Below, piece after piece: positions 38,628 through 49,297 of a stretch of DNA of 64,000 nt (the first letter of the stretch is position 1; each line of letters begins with the position of its first letter). Below the pieces are notes generated by a model. The model searched no databases and was not told where the DNA came from. It saw only the letters and a program-made list of their open reading frames with translations. This stretch comes from a virus: positions 31,141 to 95,140 of IMG/VR virus record IMGVR_UViG_3300049847_000416. One strand, written 5' to 3'. A program made the translations under genes and the position numbers.

Positions 38628-40112
38628 ATGGACCTGCAATTCTACCCGACACCACCCGCTCTCGCTAGACGGGTGGTGGATAAGTTCACCCGGAAGCCCG
38701 CATACGTCCTTGACCCGGAAGCAGGCACAGGAGCGCTTCTAGAAGCTGTGTTTGAGCGATGGAAGTACACCGACAGCCGCTACATAGACGACAATACGCA
38801 GTGGAAGTCAGACATTCACTTCCGTGCTATCGAGATTGATCCAGAGCGCTGCGCCGTCTTGGGAACGAAAAACTTCCAGGTGATTGGCCTTGACTGGGAA
38901 ACCTACTCGGATCCCACTCCATTCGACGCCATCGTCATGAATCCTCCGTTTTCAAAGGGAGCCCAGCACCTGCTGAAGGCTATCGCGAAGGGGGACAATA
39001 CCGAAATCGCTTGTATGCTAAACCACGAAACCCTGGACAACTTGTGCAATGTCACGCGGGTTTCTCTCCATACCAAGATCACCGCCCTAGGTGGGACAGT
39101 CGAGAATCTTGGCGTGCAAGAGTTTACAGACGACAGGGGTAACAAGGTAGCGGTGAACGTCGATCTGGTGTACGTGTACGTACCGGCGCGCACCGTTGGT
39201 ACCCAGGATCTCCAGGACATCGACACCACGGAACGACCGATTGCAGACTTGCAGGTGGAGAACCTACCGGCGTGTTTGGACGCCCTCGCAAACCTGGAGC
39301 ACTACTTCAATTTGACGGTCCAACACCGGTTTCTTGCGTTCGACCACAACGCGGAGTCGAACCGGTTTCGCGCTTGTCTGAAGCTCAAGAGTCAGGACGC
39401 CAGCAACAGATCGCTGATACCGGAGGACACCAGCTATAAAATGCAGTGGCTGGAACAGTTCCGCAAAGACGCGTGGACCGCTGTAATCAACCGGACCGAG
39501 TTCCGCACCTGGCTGGACAAGAAACAGCGGGCGGAGTTCGAGGAAGAAATCACTCGGGGAGCATTTCACGCGTTCACTGCTACGAACATCCGAGCCACCC
39601 TGGAAACCATTCTGCTCAAGAGGCAGGAGTACTTTGAGAAGTCCTGCGCGAATTGTTTCGATTCGCTCACAAAGTTCTATGCAGGAAATTCGGAGTACCA
39701 TGAAGGTTGGAAGACCAACAAGGCCCACAAGGTGGGCTGGAAGATAATTTTTCCCTATGGGGTGTCGTACGACGCCAAGTTCGATTCGTTCAACCTGTAC
39801 TCCAAGTACGATAGAGAAATTGACATCTACAACGATCTCGACCGGGTGGTGTGCATCCTCACTCGGGAGCCATTCGCAGACTGCAACACTATCGAAAAGG
39901 CTGTGCGGTCGGCGTTGTTGGAGTATGACGCGCGGCGGTGGAAGAGGTCCCCCGGAAAGCCCATCGACGCGGTAAAGGGGATCATCTCGGATCACTTCGA
40001 GATTGATCTGTTCAAGAAAGGAACTGCTCACGTGAAATTTCGTGATCCCAAAGTCTGCGAGGACTTCAATGTTATGGTGGCCAAGGGCAAGAAGTGGCTA
40101 GGTGCCGCATGA
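38628..40112 (+). CDS. N6-adenine methyltransferase-like domain fused to DUF4942
   Basis: 'QFYPTP', 'VLDPEAGTG', 'IVMNPPF', C-terminal 'FKKGTAHVKF'. Confidence 0.82.
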   Translation: MDLQFYPTPPALARRVVDKFTRKPAYVLDPEAGTGALLEAVFERWKYTDSRYIDDNTQWKSDIHFRAIEIDPERCAVLGTKNFQVIGLDWETYSDPTPFDAIVMNPPFSKGAQHLLKAIAKGDNTEIACMLNHETLDNLCNVTRVSLHTKITALGGTVENLGVQEFTDDRGNKVAVNVDLVYVYVPARTVGTQDLQDIDTTERPIADLQVENLPACLDALANLEHYFNLTVQHRFLAFDHNAESNRFRACLKLKSQDASNRSLIPEDTSYKMQWLEQFRKDAWTAVINRTEFRTWLDKKQRAEFEEEITRGAFHAFTATNIRATLETILLKRQEYFEKSCANCFDSLTKFYAGNSEYHEGWKTNKAHKVGWKIIFPYGVSYDAKFDSFNLYSKYDREIDIYNDLDRVVCILTREPFADCNTIEKAVRSALLEYDARRWKRSPGKPIDAVKGIISDHFEIDLFKKGTAHVKFRDPKVCEDFNVMVAKGKKWLGAA

Positions 40113-40534
40113 GTCATCCTTGGCATCCGATTCATTCCGTCCCCATTCCCGAGGGTGTAGCTGTTGACCTATGGGTACCTCAACCTCCCCTACACGGCAA
40201 GACCCGAGGATTCCGCATCCCAGATGCTACGAAGTACGGTGGGAAGATATACGCCACGTACGAAGACGCAGCCGTAGACCAAGCCACGTGTTGGCGATTG
40301 GCAGCCGAAGAAGGGCCGCTGGATCCGGCGCAAGCGGAAGCCCTCGCGAAACAGGAGTGTCTTAGGGAAAACATGCTGCGGATCCGGGAACGGCAAGACG
40401 CGCTGCGATTTGCTGCTTCCCGGCTGTTGGATCATGTCGCGGAACTCGAAAGTGCGTGGAACAAGCACAAAAAGGCCTTAGACACAGAATTCGCTGGCAC
40501 TGCCGCCGCAAATTGTGAGATACTCAAACCATGA
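40109..40534 (+). CDS. hypothetical protein
   Basis: ATGA coupling. Confidence 0.55.
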   Translation: MSHPWHPIHSVPIPEGVAVDLWVPQPPLHGKTRGFRIPDATKYGGKIYATYEDAAVDQATCWRLAAEEGPLDPAQAEALAKQECLRENMLRIRERQDALRFAASRLLDHVAELESAWNKHKKALDTEFAGTAAANCEILKP

Positions 40535-40761
40535 AACCTCTCACCCTACTAGACTTGGTTGTCGGCGTCGAAGTAGACGGGCGTCACTACGATTTGATGG
40601 GAAAGTCCTTTTCCGCTCAAGACGTGCTCATCGTCTATTTTACTGAGAATCCTGAGAAGACGAAAGTGTTGCAGGAGAACCAGGCGCATGCCAACGCAGC
40701 CGACTGGATGGCGTACGTTGCGGTGTCCTGCATGCTCGAACAGAAAGAAGTCCCGAAATGA
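40531..40761 (+). CDS. hypothetical protein
   Basis: ATGA coupling. Confidence 0.55.
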   Translation: MKPLTLLDLVVGVEVDGRHYDLMGKSFSAQDVLIVYFTENPEKTKVLQENQAHANAADWMAYVAVSCMLEQKEVPK

Positions 40762-40872
40762 AACCCTCCATGTCTGCCCGGTTGAGTAACCGGACACTTG
40801 AGGCAGAAGCCAGCATAACCTCCCTGAAAGCTCGCGTGCACGAACTGGAGTGGTCCGCGAAGCAGAGCACAG

Positions 40873-41187
40873 ATGAAGATTAGTAGCCTCAAACCAGGCC
40901 AGATCCTCTACCGCGTGAGTAAAGTGAAGATGGGAAACACGACCAGGAACACGGTTCAGGTGTTTCGAGTGGTCATCCGTGATATTTGCCCCGTAAGCAA
41001 AAGTTTCTGGGCATCCGTGAACGGGAATCCTGCCCAGCAGTATAGCAAGGTACCTCCCAACTGGAGAGCCAAGAAGCCCGTGCTGGTGAGGTCTTTGATG
41101 GGCTACCAACGCCGAGCTACTGCCGCAGAAATAAAGGCGGCGACGGCGTTGGAAGAACACTCCGAGTACATTCTGGTAAAGAGTTGA
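40873..41187 (+). CDS. basic hypothetical protein
   Basis: ORF in operon. Confidence 0.6.
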   Translation: MKISSLKPGQILYRVSKVKMGNTTRNTVQVFRVVIRDICPVSKSFWASVNGNPAQQYSKVPPNWRAKKPVLVRSLMGYQRRATAAEIKAATALEEHSEYILVKS

Positions 41188-41439
41188 CGTATGTCTTGTT
41201 TCGTAACGCGCTTGGTCCCTGGAGTTTCGCTGGACTACGAGTACGCGGGTATTGACGAAAAGACGGCCACGGAAATCTATGAGATGCTGCGTGGTAGCAC
41301 GGATCACGTGCAGCTATTCATCCACGGCGTGATGCGCCGGGAGTGGATCCCCGGAAATCTGGTGGCTCCCTACTTCGGTGGCGATTGCTAGTACTTTTTG
41401 GCTATTGACTGACAAGAAGATATCGGAGAGAATGAGTTC

Positions 41440-41847
41440 ATGACCAACCAAGAAGCGTTCGATATCGTATGGCACAAGTTTGTGGTTGAGGGGGCTCCCG
41501 CTTCCATCAACGATTTCGGCGAATGCCAGTACGGACCCCCAGACACCACGGGATGCGCTGTGGCATGTTTGATCGACAACTGGGATGCTCGCCAGTACCT
41601 GCACGACAACGAAACCCAGCCGCTCAGCGTGATCTTGGACTCGTGCCCGTATCCTCTGCCTGCCGGCTTGAAAGACAACCCCTCGATTCTGGCTGTGCTG
41701 CGTAGCTGCCACGACCGGGCTGCCCGCGATACTGTGCGTGGGTATCGTGATGACCAGAAGAAGTTTACCGATGATATCCGCCGGCGGCTGACCAAAGTGG
41801 CGTTTGATCTCGGATTGATGCTGGGACCAGAACCGGAGGCCGCGTGA
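41440..41847 (+). CDS. Cys-motif phage protein, paralog of 58488-58928
   Basis: 'AFD.VW..F.V...CQY...GCAVACLID...HD'. Confidence 0.75.
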   Translation: MTNQEAFDIVWHKFVVEGAPASINDFGECQYGPPDTTGCAVACLIDNWDARQYLHDNETQPLSVILDSCPYPLPAGLKDNPSILAVLRSCHDRAARDTVRGYRDDQKKFTDDIRRRLTKVAFDLGLMLGPEPEAA

Positions 41848-42456
41848 TCAACCGGAACACGAAATTCTGTGTAACCTGTGCATACAGTGCTCTGTGGGAG
41901 GGCACGTACATGTGTTACAGTCCCAAGCTGACAACCATCAGTCTAGTGACGGGGGAAAGCTCTCCAGTCAACTGTGAGATAGTGAGGCCGTCGAAGTGTC
42001 TCGGAAAGCAGTGGACACCGCGTGAACCTGGTGCCGGTGGAACCCCGGAGCACTAATAGGAACTCATGCAGATTCACGTCACCGATGTTCGCACCAGTCC
42101 CGCTTCTGACCTGGGTATCTGGCGGCAAACCAATTTTTGGGTATCTGACCCGGATGGGTACCTCTTCTTTCCCGTAGCTGGGGCTCCATCCGAGTCTCAC
42201 CAGGGTGCTATTCTCTGCGAGGGCCGTGTAGTCGGCTTTTGTACAACCTGAAAGGAAACATGAAACCTCTCACCCAACCATTCGTTACCCCTGAACAGAA
42301 AGCCATGCTGGCGCAGAGCCAAGCCTTGCATCTCCAGATCGAGGCCATCCGAGGACGCCGAGCTAAGGCCCGCGAAGCCGTTGCCCTGTGCGATGCTCAG
42401 TTGGAGGAACTGTACAAGCAACTGTCATCAGTTCGCCACCCACCGAAAGAAGACTA

Positions 42457-42792
42457 ATGTACGGAATTTTTTATCCCGAGGACGCGGAAGACAGGGCGCA
42501 AATTATCGGGTTGTTCTACCTGAAAAGCACCGCTGACGAGACGCTGGAGAGACACCTGAAGCGGATGGAACGGCTGAAAGCTCGCGGTGCTGAGTTACGG
42601 CGGGAGACAGAGGCGATCCGTGCGAAAAGTTTGCCGTTCGACGAGGCTGTAGAAGCCCTGAGCGCTGCGAAGGCCAAATATGCGCTGGACACACAGGGAG
42701 AACAGTGGTATAGCTCGGATCCTGATGATTACGCAGTAAGAGAGCTAGAAGTCGGTGTACTGTGCCCGGATGGCCTGGCAAACTGCACCTGA
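42457..42792 (+). CDS. hypothetical protein
   Basis: TAATG coupling. Confidence 0.55.
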   Translation: MYGIFYPEDAEDRAQIIGLFYLKSTADETLERHLKRMERLKARGAELRRETEAIRAKSLPFDEAVEALSAAKAKYALDTQGEQWYSSDPDDYAVRELEVGVLCPDGLANCT

Positions 42793-42844
42793 ACAGTACC
42801 TTTGGGCTATAGGTGTGAGTCGGGTTCTGTGTTAGGATCAAAGC

Positions 42845-43279
42845 ATGAAACCAAACGAGCTTCTGGCCCTCGTTCTGAGACACATCTGGATTAACAGCTA
42901 CTATCCCAACCATGCAGATCTCGTCTTGCTCGCGGGGAGTGAGCGGGTGGGGGACTTCATCGGGCAGTTGGAAAACAACCCCGATGCTTTGACACCCTTG
43001 CACCCTGAGTCGGTGGGCATCGAACAAGATTCTGCCCGGCAAGCGGCTCTGTTCCGGTTAACTCAGTTGCATTTCTGGTCGTGCTGGACGACCGGTGGAG
43101 AAATTTACTTGTCCGAGTTGTTCGACTTGTGCGAGCGCTTGCATGGGAAAGGGTCCACTGTCCTACTGCAAGCGTACAACGCCCAAGGCCAGTCTGTGGC
43201 CAAGTTGGACGTGAGTTTACCGCATCATTGGACACTGCGAGTCGATGGCCGTGTCGCTGGTATGACGTTCCTAGGATAA
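42845..43279 (+). CDS. hypothetical protein, leaderless
   Basis: promoter 42810-42838. Confidence 0.6.
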   Translation: MKPNELLALVLRHIWINSYYPNHADLVLLAGSERVGDFIGQLENNPDALTPLHPESVGIEQDSARQAALFRLTQLHFWSCWTTGGEIYLSELFDLCERLHGKGSTVLLQAYNAQGQSVAKLDVSLPHHWTLRVDGRVAGMTFLG

Positions 43280-43281
43280 CA

Positions 43282-43722
43282 ATGAAGACCACGAAACCTG
43301 AAAACGTACAGAGGTTGATCGAGCACCTGAAAAGCCTGCCGGATGGTGATTCTCTAGGACTACTGGGTATCACTCTGATGAACAACGCCAGTCAGGACCA
43401 CCCGACCTGTGGTACCGTTGGCTGCATCGCCGGCGAGGCCTACATGCTTATGCACGGAGTTTGTTTGCCACCTGAGAAAGGAGCATGGCCCATCATTTTG
43501 CTGAGCGCAACAGACTACTTGGGTCTGGACCCGGAAGAGGCCAGATCGGTGTTCTTTGTGCACGCGTGGCCGGAACGCTTGCGATGGAAAGCTCGGATGT
43601 GGCAGACTCCCGCAGGGAGGTTCTCGTCTTTATCGGCTGAGCGCGAATTCATGATCGCGCGGCTGGAAATGCTGCTGACTGATACCCCAACGACTGGAGA
43701 ACAATACCTTGACTGCGACTAA
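43282..43722 (+). CDS. TTKPENV/CGTVGCIAGE family paralog 1
   Basis: internal similarity to 44901, 47785, 48170. Confidence 0.8.
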   Translation: MKTTKPENVQRLIEHLKSLPDGDSLGLLGITLMNNASQDHPTCGTVGCIAGEAYMLMHGVCLPPEKGAWPIILLSATDYLGLDPEEARSVFFVHAWPERLRWKARMWQTPAGRFSSLSAEREFMIARLEMLLTDTPTTGEQYLDCD

Positions 43723-44185
43723 CACCGATACATCGGATGACAATTTCCCGGCACTGCGCCGCCACCTGGACGAGACACCGGAAGAACGGGCGACACGCCT
43801 GTATAACATCCTCCAGATGAATCCGCACAAGGCATCAGTGCATGCCCCCAGTCACCTGCTCACACTGTTGTATGAGCAGAAAATTTCGCTCGCGAAAGCC
43901 TGTGAGTGGCTGGCAAATTACGCCGCTGGCCGTGTGGATCCTCTACTGGATCTCGATAAAATCAAGGACCTGGACCCGGCGCTAGGGCAATTGGTGCCGA
44001 AGTTCATTGTCTATCTGGGCGTTTCTCCCTACACGACGGAAGACAAGCGCCTGGAAGTTTGCAACATCGGGTGGTGGGCTGCCCGGCTCCAGTCACAGGA
44101 GCGATTCGAATTCACGCGAGATGGAAACACGTACTCCGCGTTTGTGCGTAGCATCGAGCGCGTGCCGTGGGGCGGGAAAGCATGA
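43709..44185 (+). CDS. hypothetical protein
   Basis: ORF in operon. Confidence 0.55.
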   Translation: MTATNTDTSDDNFPALRRHLDETPEERATRLYNILQMNPHKASVHAPSHLLTLLYEQKISLAKACEWLANYAAGRVDPLLDLDKIKDLDPALGQLVPKFIVYLGVSPYTTEDKRLEVCNIGWWAARLQSQERFEFTRDGNTYSAFVRSIERVPWGGKA

Positions 44186-44452
44186 GGTACCAGCGAAAAA
44201 TGCGGCGCATTGAACAGAGCGCCAAGAAGACCCTGGACATTCTGATGCCCCTCGGGGTGGTCGCCGTCAAGTTGGACCGGAAGCGGTCCCGCCTGAACTT
44301 GTGGTTTCGGCGTACAGAGCCAGAGGTGTACATAAGCGTTACCATCGCACTTTTTCAGCATGACAATCCGTCCCTGTACAGCCTTGTTCTCCGTGAGTTG
44401 GACTCGTACGGGGACGAAGTGCTGGCTGGCACTGCACCGGAGGTATGAAGAC

Positions 44453-44899
44453 ATGTTTGATCCAACAATACCATACCCGCTTTCCACGGATGCCGTTGAG
44501 CACACCCGAAGTGAAATCGAGCACTATGAGCGTCGATTAGTAGTCCTGCGGCAAAGATTGGGCCACTCCTACCGCACAGACACGTGTCTACTCAAGCTGG
44601 GCGGTACGTACCTGCGCCCACAACCTGCACTGGTGCTGCCAGAGCCCAAGTACGGTATCACTGTGTGGGAAAACAATGGTCCTTCTTACCCGGTAGGGGC
44701 GATCAAGTTCGTGTGGAAAGGGCTCCGCCACCCGGATACCCGCGAGGCGGTCCTAGAGCCTGAGGGATTCGTCGGGATCTGGGATTACCGGGTGCTTCAT
44801 GACATATTGGAGGAAACCCGGAAGAAGGTTTCCCACCTGAAGTTCCTGGCTCGATTCAGCCGGCCCCTGAAGCGGGCGCTCAAGAAAGTAGGTTTGTAG
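44453..44899 (+). CDS. hypothetical protein
   Basis: GGAGG RBS before MFDPT. Confidence 0.55.
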   Translation: MFDPTIPYPLSTDAVEHTRSEIEHYERRLVVLRQRLGHSYRTDTCLLKLGGTYLRPQPALVLPEPKYGITVWENNGPSYPVGAIKFVWKGLRHPDTREAVLEPEGFVGIWDYRVLHDILEETRKKVSHLKFLARFSRPLKRALKKVGL

Positions 44900-44900
44900 T

Positions 44901-45311
44901 ATGAAAACAACAAAACCAGAGAACGTGCGGCTGCTAATCGCCCACCTCAAGTCTTTGCCAAACGGCAAATCATCTCACTCTTCTCTCATGGATCTCGCCG
45001 TTAATAACCATCCGACCTGTGGCACCGTCGGCTGTATTGCCGGCGAAGCGTACCGCCTCCAGTACCTGCATCGGCCGGCGGGTCTCGCCGCTTCGGAACG
45101 GATCTGGAACCTATCGTGGCCATCTATCGCTCACTCTGCTGAGAAGTGGCTAGGTCTTTGGGATGGAGAGGGCCACTCCATATTTCACGTGAATCAGTGG
45201 CCCGAAGACCTGTATCAAAAATACCGGGTGTGGGCCAGGACACCGAGAAAGACGCTCAAAGGGGAGCGGGCGCTAATGATCAAGCGGCTGGAACGGCTAC
45301 TGAAAGCCTAG
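44901..45311 (+). CDS. TTKPENV/CGTVGCIAGE family paralog 2
   Basis: internal similarity. Confidence 0.8.
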   Translation: MKTTKPENVRLLIAHLKSLPNGKSSHSSLMDLAVNNHPTCGTVGCIAGEAYRLQYLHRPAGLAASERIWNLSWPSIAHSAEKWLGLWDGEGHSIFHVNQWPEDLYQKYRVWARTPRKTLKGERALMIKRLERLLKA

Positions 45312-45359
45312 TACCAGCGGCCTATTGACGGTGCAGCCTGAGTTTGGTAAGCTCAGTTC

Positions 45360-45626
45360 ATGCCCTACATCGCAATGGACAACAATCGGTACCTGGGAGA
45401 GCACAGTTGTGGTCTGTACCACTACGGAGACCACACTATGGTGCGGAAGTGCTGCGTGGAAGACTGCGCAAAGTACGCCCAGCTTGCCATGAAGAACGCC
45501 CTGACTCCGTATCATCCCGCGTATCAGATTTACAAAGCAGCGTGGGGGCAACTCACAGACGCGGAACAGAAGCTCGCGCCACGGCTGACATACGCCATCA
45601 ACACCGGATTCACGGAGGTAAAATGA
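45360..45626 (+). CDS. hypothetical protein, leaderless
   Basis: TTGACG-17-TAAGCT, ATG 6 nt downstream. Confidence 0.65.
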   Translation: MPYIAMDNNRYLGEHSCGLYHYGDHTMVRKCCVEDCAKYAQLAMKNALTPYHPAYQIYKAAWGQLTDAEQKLAPRLTYAINTGFTEVK

Positions 45627-45865
45627 CACTGCTCGAATCTCAGACCCTTAAGAATGGTGACATCCTGAGGCATAACGGAAATTGGGCGAACAGAATCGGT
45701 TTGGCCAAGGAATATGAGGTACTTTCTGTAGACGAGAGTCACCTCCGGGTTAAGGATTCCAGAGGCTTTGTCAGCCTGTACACGTTCGGGTGCGCTCTAT
45801 TCGTAACCCGTGACTTTCTAGCTAGCTGTACCCAAAACGAAACCGGATTCACGGAGGTAAAATGA
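45603..45865 (+). repeat. 24-bp direct repeat (45603-45626, 45842-45865) flanking one gene
   Basis: ACCGGATTCACGGAGGTAAAATGA twice. Confidence 0.95.
45623..45865 (+). CDS. hypothetical protein between direct repeats
   Basis: GGAGG RBS in repeat. Confidence 0.65.
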   Translation: MTLLESQTLKNGDILRHNGNWANRIGLAKEYEVLSVDESHLRVKDSRGFVSLYTFGCALFVTRDFLASCTQNETGFTEVK

Positions 45866-46230
45866 TTGATCACGCGCCCAAGATGGGCCAATTGATTTAC
45901 GACACGCCAGAAAGGGACGCGGTTCACTTCGCGTTATTCCCAGCGGAAGCCGCCCAAGAATTGCATCCCGGTCGCCCGGTGGGACTATCGGGGTTGCAGT
46001 ACGGCGACGTGCACCGTGTTGTCTGCGTTGCCCGAGAGCAGGCGGTGGGGATTGTTGATCCCTTCCTGGGTCGCATCGTGCAACCGGGGGAACGGTGTTG
46101 GATCATGCTGTACCCTAACACCATTACGGATCTGAAGCACGTCTGGACACACCCAAAAGTGCCGATTCTTGTACCCGTAGAGGCCGAGGCCGAGGATGTG
46201 GACGACGACTTCTACCGGTGTAATTGCTGA
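45862..46230 (+). CDS. phage hypothetical protein
   Basis: 'RDAVH...GIVDPFL...LYPNTITDLKHVWTHP'. Confidence 0.7.
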   Translation: MIDHAPKMGQLIYDTPERDAVHFALFPAEAAQELHPGRPVGLSGLQYGDVHRVVCVAREQAVGIVDPFLGRIVQPGERCWIMLYPNTITDLKHVWTHPKVPILVPVEAEAEDVDDDFYRCNC

Positions 46231-46711
46231 TGGCCCCCGAAACGCTAGGTCTCACCAAGGTAGATGCGTACATCGCCGCTATGCAACCGGGGGAAGTCGG
46301 GTTGGTGCTGTGCGACAACTTCCGGCAGGCGTCCGCAGTGTTGAGTACAGTGATTTGGGACTACTGTACTGGTGTTGACGCAACGGGCTATTTTAACGGT
46401 TCCGCACGTGTTTTGCGTATCAACGATGCGGAAATTTTCTTCCGGTGGGAGTTGGAGTCACTCGACGCCCTGGAGGTAAACCACTATCTGAATCTCTCCA
46501 CTGATCCACGCAGCGAAATACGGTGTAAACAGTGCCGCCGTTAGACCGGAGCCACAACAGCATGACTGACCCCCTCCACGTTCTATCTCTGTTCTTGCAG
46601 TTATTGGACCGTTTCACGCGACAAAAGCGAGAAGCGGTATCCTTGGAAGTGTACCTCAAACGCCACCCCAAGGGGCGGGCGCTAACCCCGAGTGAAAGGA
46701 ATTACTCAAAC

Positions 46712-47026
46712 ATGTTTTTGATTGCAGCCGACGGCGCTATCGCTGCCGCGATTCAGCCCGTGGACAAGTTCGGCAATGTGGCTCCTGTGGAAAACGTGGC
46801 ATGGCTGGTGTCTCCCTCCGAGATGGCCAGTATTGCCGTTGGTCCCGACGGCATGTCCGCCGTCGTGGTCCCGAACGGGATTCTCGGTACGTTTCAGATC
46901 AGCGTCTCGGCAGACGCCAAGATCGGCGATGGAGTCAAGCCGCTGGTCGGGATGTCGGAAGACATCCAAGTCGTTGCCGGCGAAGCTGCCACCCTCAAAA
47001 TCAACCTGACGACGAGTCCCAACTAA
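46712..47026 (+). CDS. Ig-like beta-sandwich protein
   Basis: 'VDKFGN...VAW..S' pattern; AAAGGA RBS; upstream in-frame start possible. Confidence 0.6.
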   Translation: MFLIAADGAIAAAIQPVDKFGNVAPVENVAWLVSPSEMASIAVGPDGMSAVVVPNGILGTFQISVSADAKIGDGVKPLVGMSEDIQVVAGEAATLKINLTTSPN

Positions 47027-47085
47027 AGGGATTTGGCTGTGTGTCCTGGGACGCCTGGGACACGCAGCCAGCGAATAGACACCAT

Positions 47086-47496
47086 ATGAACCTGCTCCTG
47101 CCTCTGCTGCTTCTGGCGCAGCCCATCGTTCAACGTGGGGATGTTATCACCCTGACAGTGTCCGTCATCTTGACGCCCAAGACGGCACGAACCTCCACGG
47201 TCGCTTGGGAGCTTGTCCCACCGGCAGGCTGGACAATTAGCGGATCCACCCCCGGTTCTGCGACCACGGCGGCGGGGAAGACGCTGCGGTGCAATCCCAG
47301 CTTTTCATCGTGCATTGTGTACTCAGCCGCACCAGGGATTCTGCAATCTGGTCCCCTGGCCACGTTCACGCTGACCGTACCCCCTACGGCAGCCCGGAAA
47401 AAGACGACGTTCTCATTCAGGAAAATTTCTGGGGCGACTGCCGGCGGAAAACCCGTGGCTATCGTGTTGGATCCTCTGACCGTGGTGGTGCAATGA
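47086..47496 (+). CDS. secreted cohesin-like domain protein
   Basis: MNLLLPLLLLA|Q; 'AAGKTLRC......CIVY...GPLATFTLTV'. Confidence 0.65.
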   Translation: MNLLLPLLLLAQPIVQRGDVITLTVSVILTPKTARTSTVAWELVPPAGWTISGSTPGSATTAAGKTLRCNPSFSSCIVYSAAPGILQSGPLATFTLTVPPTAARKKTTFSFRKISGATAGGKPVAIVLDPLTVVVQ

Positions 47497-47784
47497 TCAA
47501 CCCGGACGACCTGGCGCAGTACTACGAAGAAGTGGTCACGGATCTACAGAAGAAAAACCCGTTCCTAGCCCCTGGCGTTCGTGACTCCCGGCTACTCTCC
47601 TGGGACTTGGCAAAAGAAGATAGCAAAACAGTACGAACGGTCTATTCCCAGACCGTTCCGCAACCGGCACAATCACTTCAGAGAAAGCCAGTGCCTGATG
47701 GTTATACGGTTTGCCACCCGCAAGTGCCGTACGCCGGGCTGGAAGTCAGCATAGTGTATTTTGAAGAGATCACAGAGATTGACA

Positions 47785-48165
47785 ATGCAGACCACGAAAC
47801 CGAAAAACGTACAGCGGTTGATCGATAGGCTTCGCCGCTTACCAAACGGTGCCACCGCTGGTATTGAGAACGATCTCATGGCCAAATGGGAGCAGAAGCA
47901 CTCGGACTGCGGCACAGTAGGGTGTATCGCGGGCGAAGTCCTGCTGGAGTTCTCTCCCGGATACCCGTCTGCGTTGGGACGCTACCGGTTGCCGTTCGTC
48001 GAACACAATTTAGGGCTGACGATGCCCCAAACTTTGGACCTGTGCTTTCTCGACCGCTGGCCTGACAAGCTGAGGGCAGAGTTTCGGCGGGCAGCCCGAG
48101 CAAAGACACTGAAGAGTCAGCGGAACGTGATGATAAAGCGGCTCGAACTGCTGCTGGAGGACTGA
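47785..48165 (+). CDS. TTKPENV/CGTVGCIAGE family paralog 3
   Basis: internal similarity. Confidence 0.8.
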   Translation: MQTTKPKNVQRLIDRLRRLPNGATAGIENDLMAKWEQKHSDCGTVGCIAGEVLLEFSPGYPSALGRYRLPFVEHNLGLTMPQTLDLCFLDRWPDKLRAEFRRAARAKTLKSQRNVMIKRLELLLED

Positions 48166-48169
48166 TCTA

Positions 48170-48562
48170 ATGGAAACCACCAAACCTGAGAATGTGAAGA
48201 AGCTCATCGAGCACCTGAGACAGTTACCGGATGGTAACGTCGCGGGACTCGTAAACCCGATATTGATGGAGGTTCCAATCCAGGACCATCCGACCTGTGG
48301 CACCGTCGGCTGTATCGCCGGTGAGGCCTACATGCTTATGCTTGGGGAAGACGCCGTGAGCAACTTGCACTTGTCATGGCAGACCGTTGAGACCGCCGCT
48401 GAGGAGTGGTTGGGGCTGACCACGAGCGCGGCGTGGCGTCTATTTTACCGGAGTCACTGGCCCGAAGATATGGGACAGAGGTTGAAACCGGGGATGTCCC
48501 TAAACGAGCAGCGGGAAATCATGATCGAGCGGCTGGAAATGCTGCTGGAGGGCGAGGACTAA
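48170..48562 (+). CDS. TTKPENV/CGTVGCIAGE family paralog 4
   Basis: internal similarity. Confidence 0.8.
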   Translation: METTKPENVKKLIEHLRQLPDGNVAGLVNPILMEVPIQDHPTCGTVGCIAGEAYMLMLGEDAVSNLHLSWQTVETAAEEWLGLTTSAAWRLFYRSHWPEDMGQRLKPGMSLNEQREIMIERLEMLLEGED

Positions 48563-48563
48563 C

Positions 48564-48941
48564 ATGAAAGCAGACATCAAGAAAAAGTGGGTTGCTGCGC
48601 TGCGCAGCGGAGAGTACTTACAGGCGTACTCTAAACTGCGGTCCGGTGCCCGCTACTGCTGCCTGGGGGTGCTGTGTGACCTGTACGCCAAAGACACAGG
48701 ACGGGGCAGTTGGATCGGAGACCACTTTGCTGTTAACACGGTCCACTATAACTTAGCGCTGCCCCGCGAGGTTCAGTCGTGGGCAGAGGTGCATAACGGG
48801 GTAATTGACTGCGGCACGGACACTGGCTTCGGCGAAAAGGTGTGGGCCTGTACCCTGAATGACATGCACAAAAAGTCATTTGCGGAGATCGCCGACATCG
48901 TGGAAAAAGCGACGACGGGCGATCTGAAGGAGACTCAATGA
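48564..48941 (+). CDS. Cys-motif phage protein
   Basis: 'WVAALRSGEY.Q...YCCLGVLCD...ND...SF.EIAD'. Confidence 0.75.
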   Translation: MKADIKKKWVAALRSGEYLQAYSKLRSGARYCCLGVLCDLYAKDTGRGSWIGDHFAVNTVHYNLALPREVQSWAEVHNGVIDCGTDTGFGEKVWACTLNDMHKKSFAEIADIVEKATTGDLKETQ

Positions 48942-49297
48942 ATCGACTGAACGAAGTTTTGCGTGGGGTAGACGCGGCTCAAGAACTGCTGGCTAAGGCC
49001 GAAAGCGAAAGAGACGCGTTTCTGACCCCTATCCTGGAAGCCCTGGAATTAAAGGGCAGGGTGGAGTCTTTCTATGTGGAAACCGCCGACAGGGTTAGTG
49101 TGACACTGACTGGATCACACCGTGGATACGGCTGGCACGATGACTTCACCATCCCTCTCGGCATATTCACGTGCTCTGATCCTGTGGAAGCAGCTAAGGC
49201 CTACAGGGCCAAACAGCGGGCGGATGATGAAGAACAAGCCCGGAAGGCCAAAATAGCGGAAGCTTTGCGCGTGCTGGCGGAACTCGGAGACCACTAA
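48938..49297 (+). CDS. hypothetical protein
   Basis: AGGAG RBS, ATGA coupling. Confidence 0.6.
   Translation: MNRLNEVLRGVDAAQELLAKAESERDAFLTPILEALELKGRVESFYVETADRVSVTLTGSHRGYGWHDDFTIPLGIFTCSDPVEAAKAYRAKQRADDEEQARKAKIAEALRVLAELGDH

Noticed and set aside
43282-48562. Diversity-generating retroelement behind the paralogs
   Set aside because: No reverse transcriptase in the window; differences are not adenine-specific
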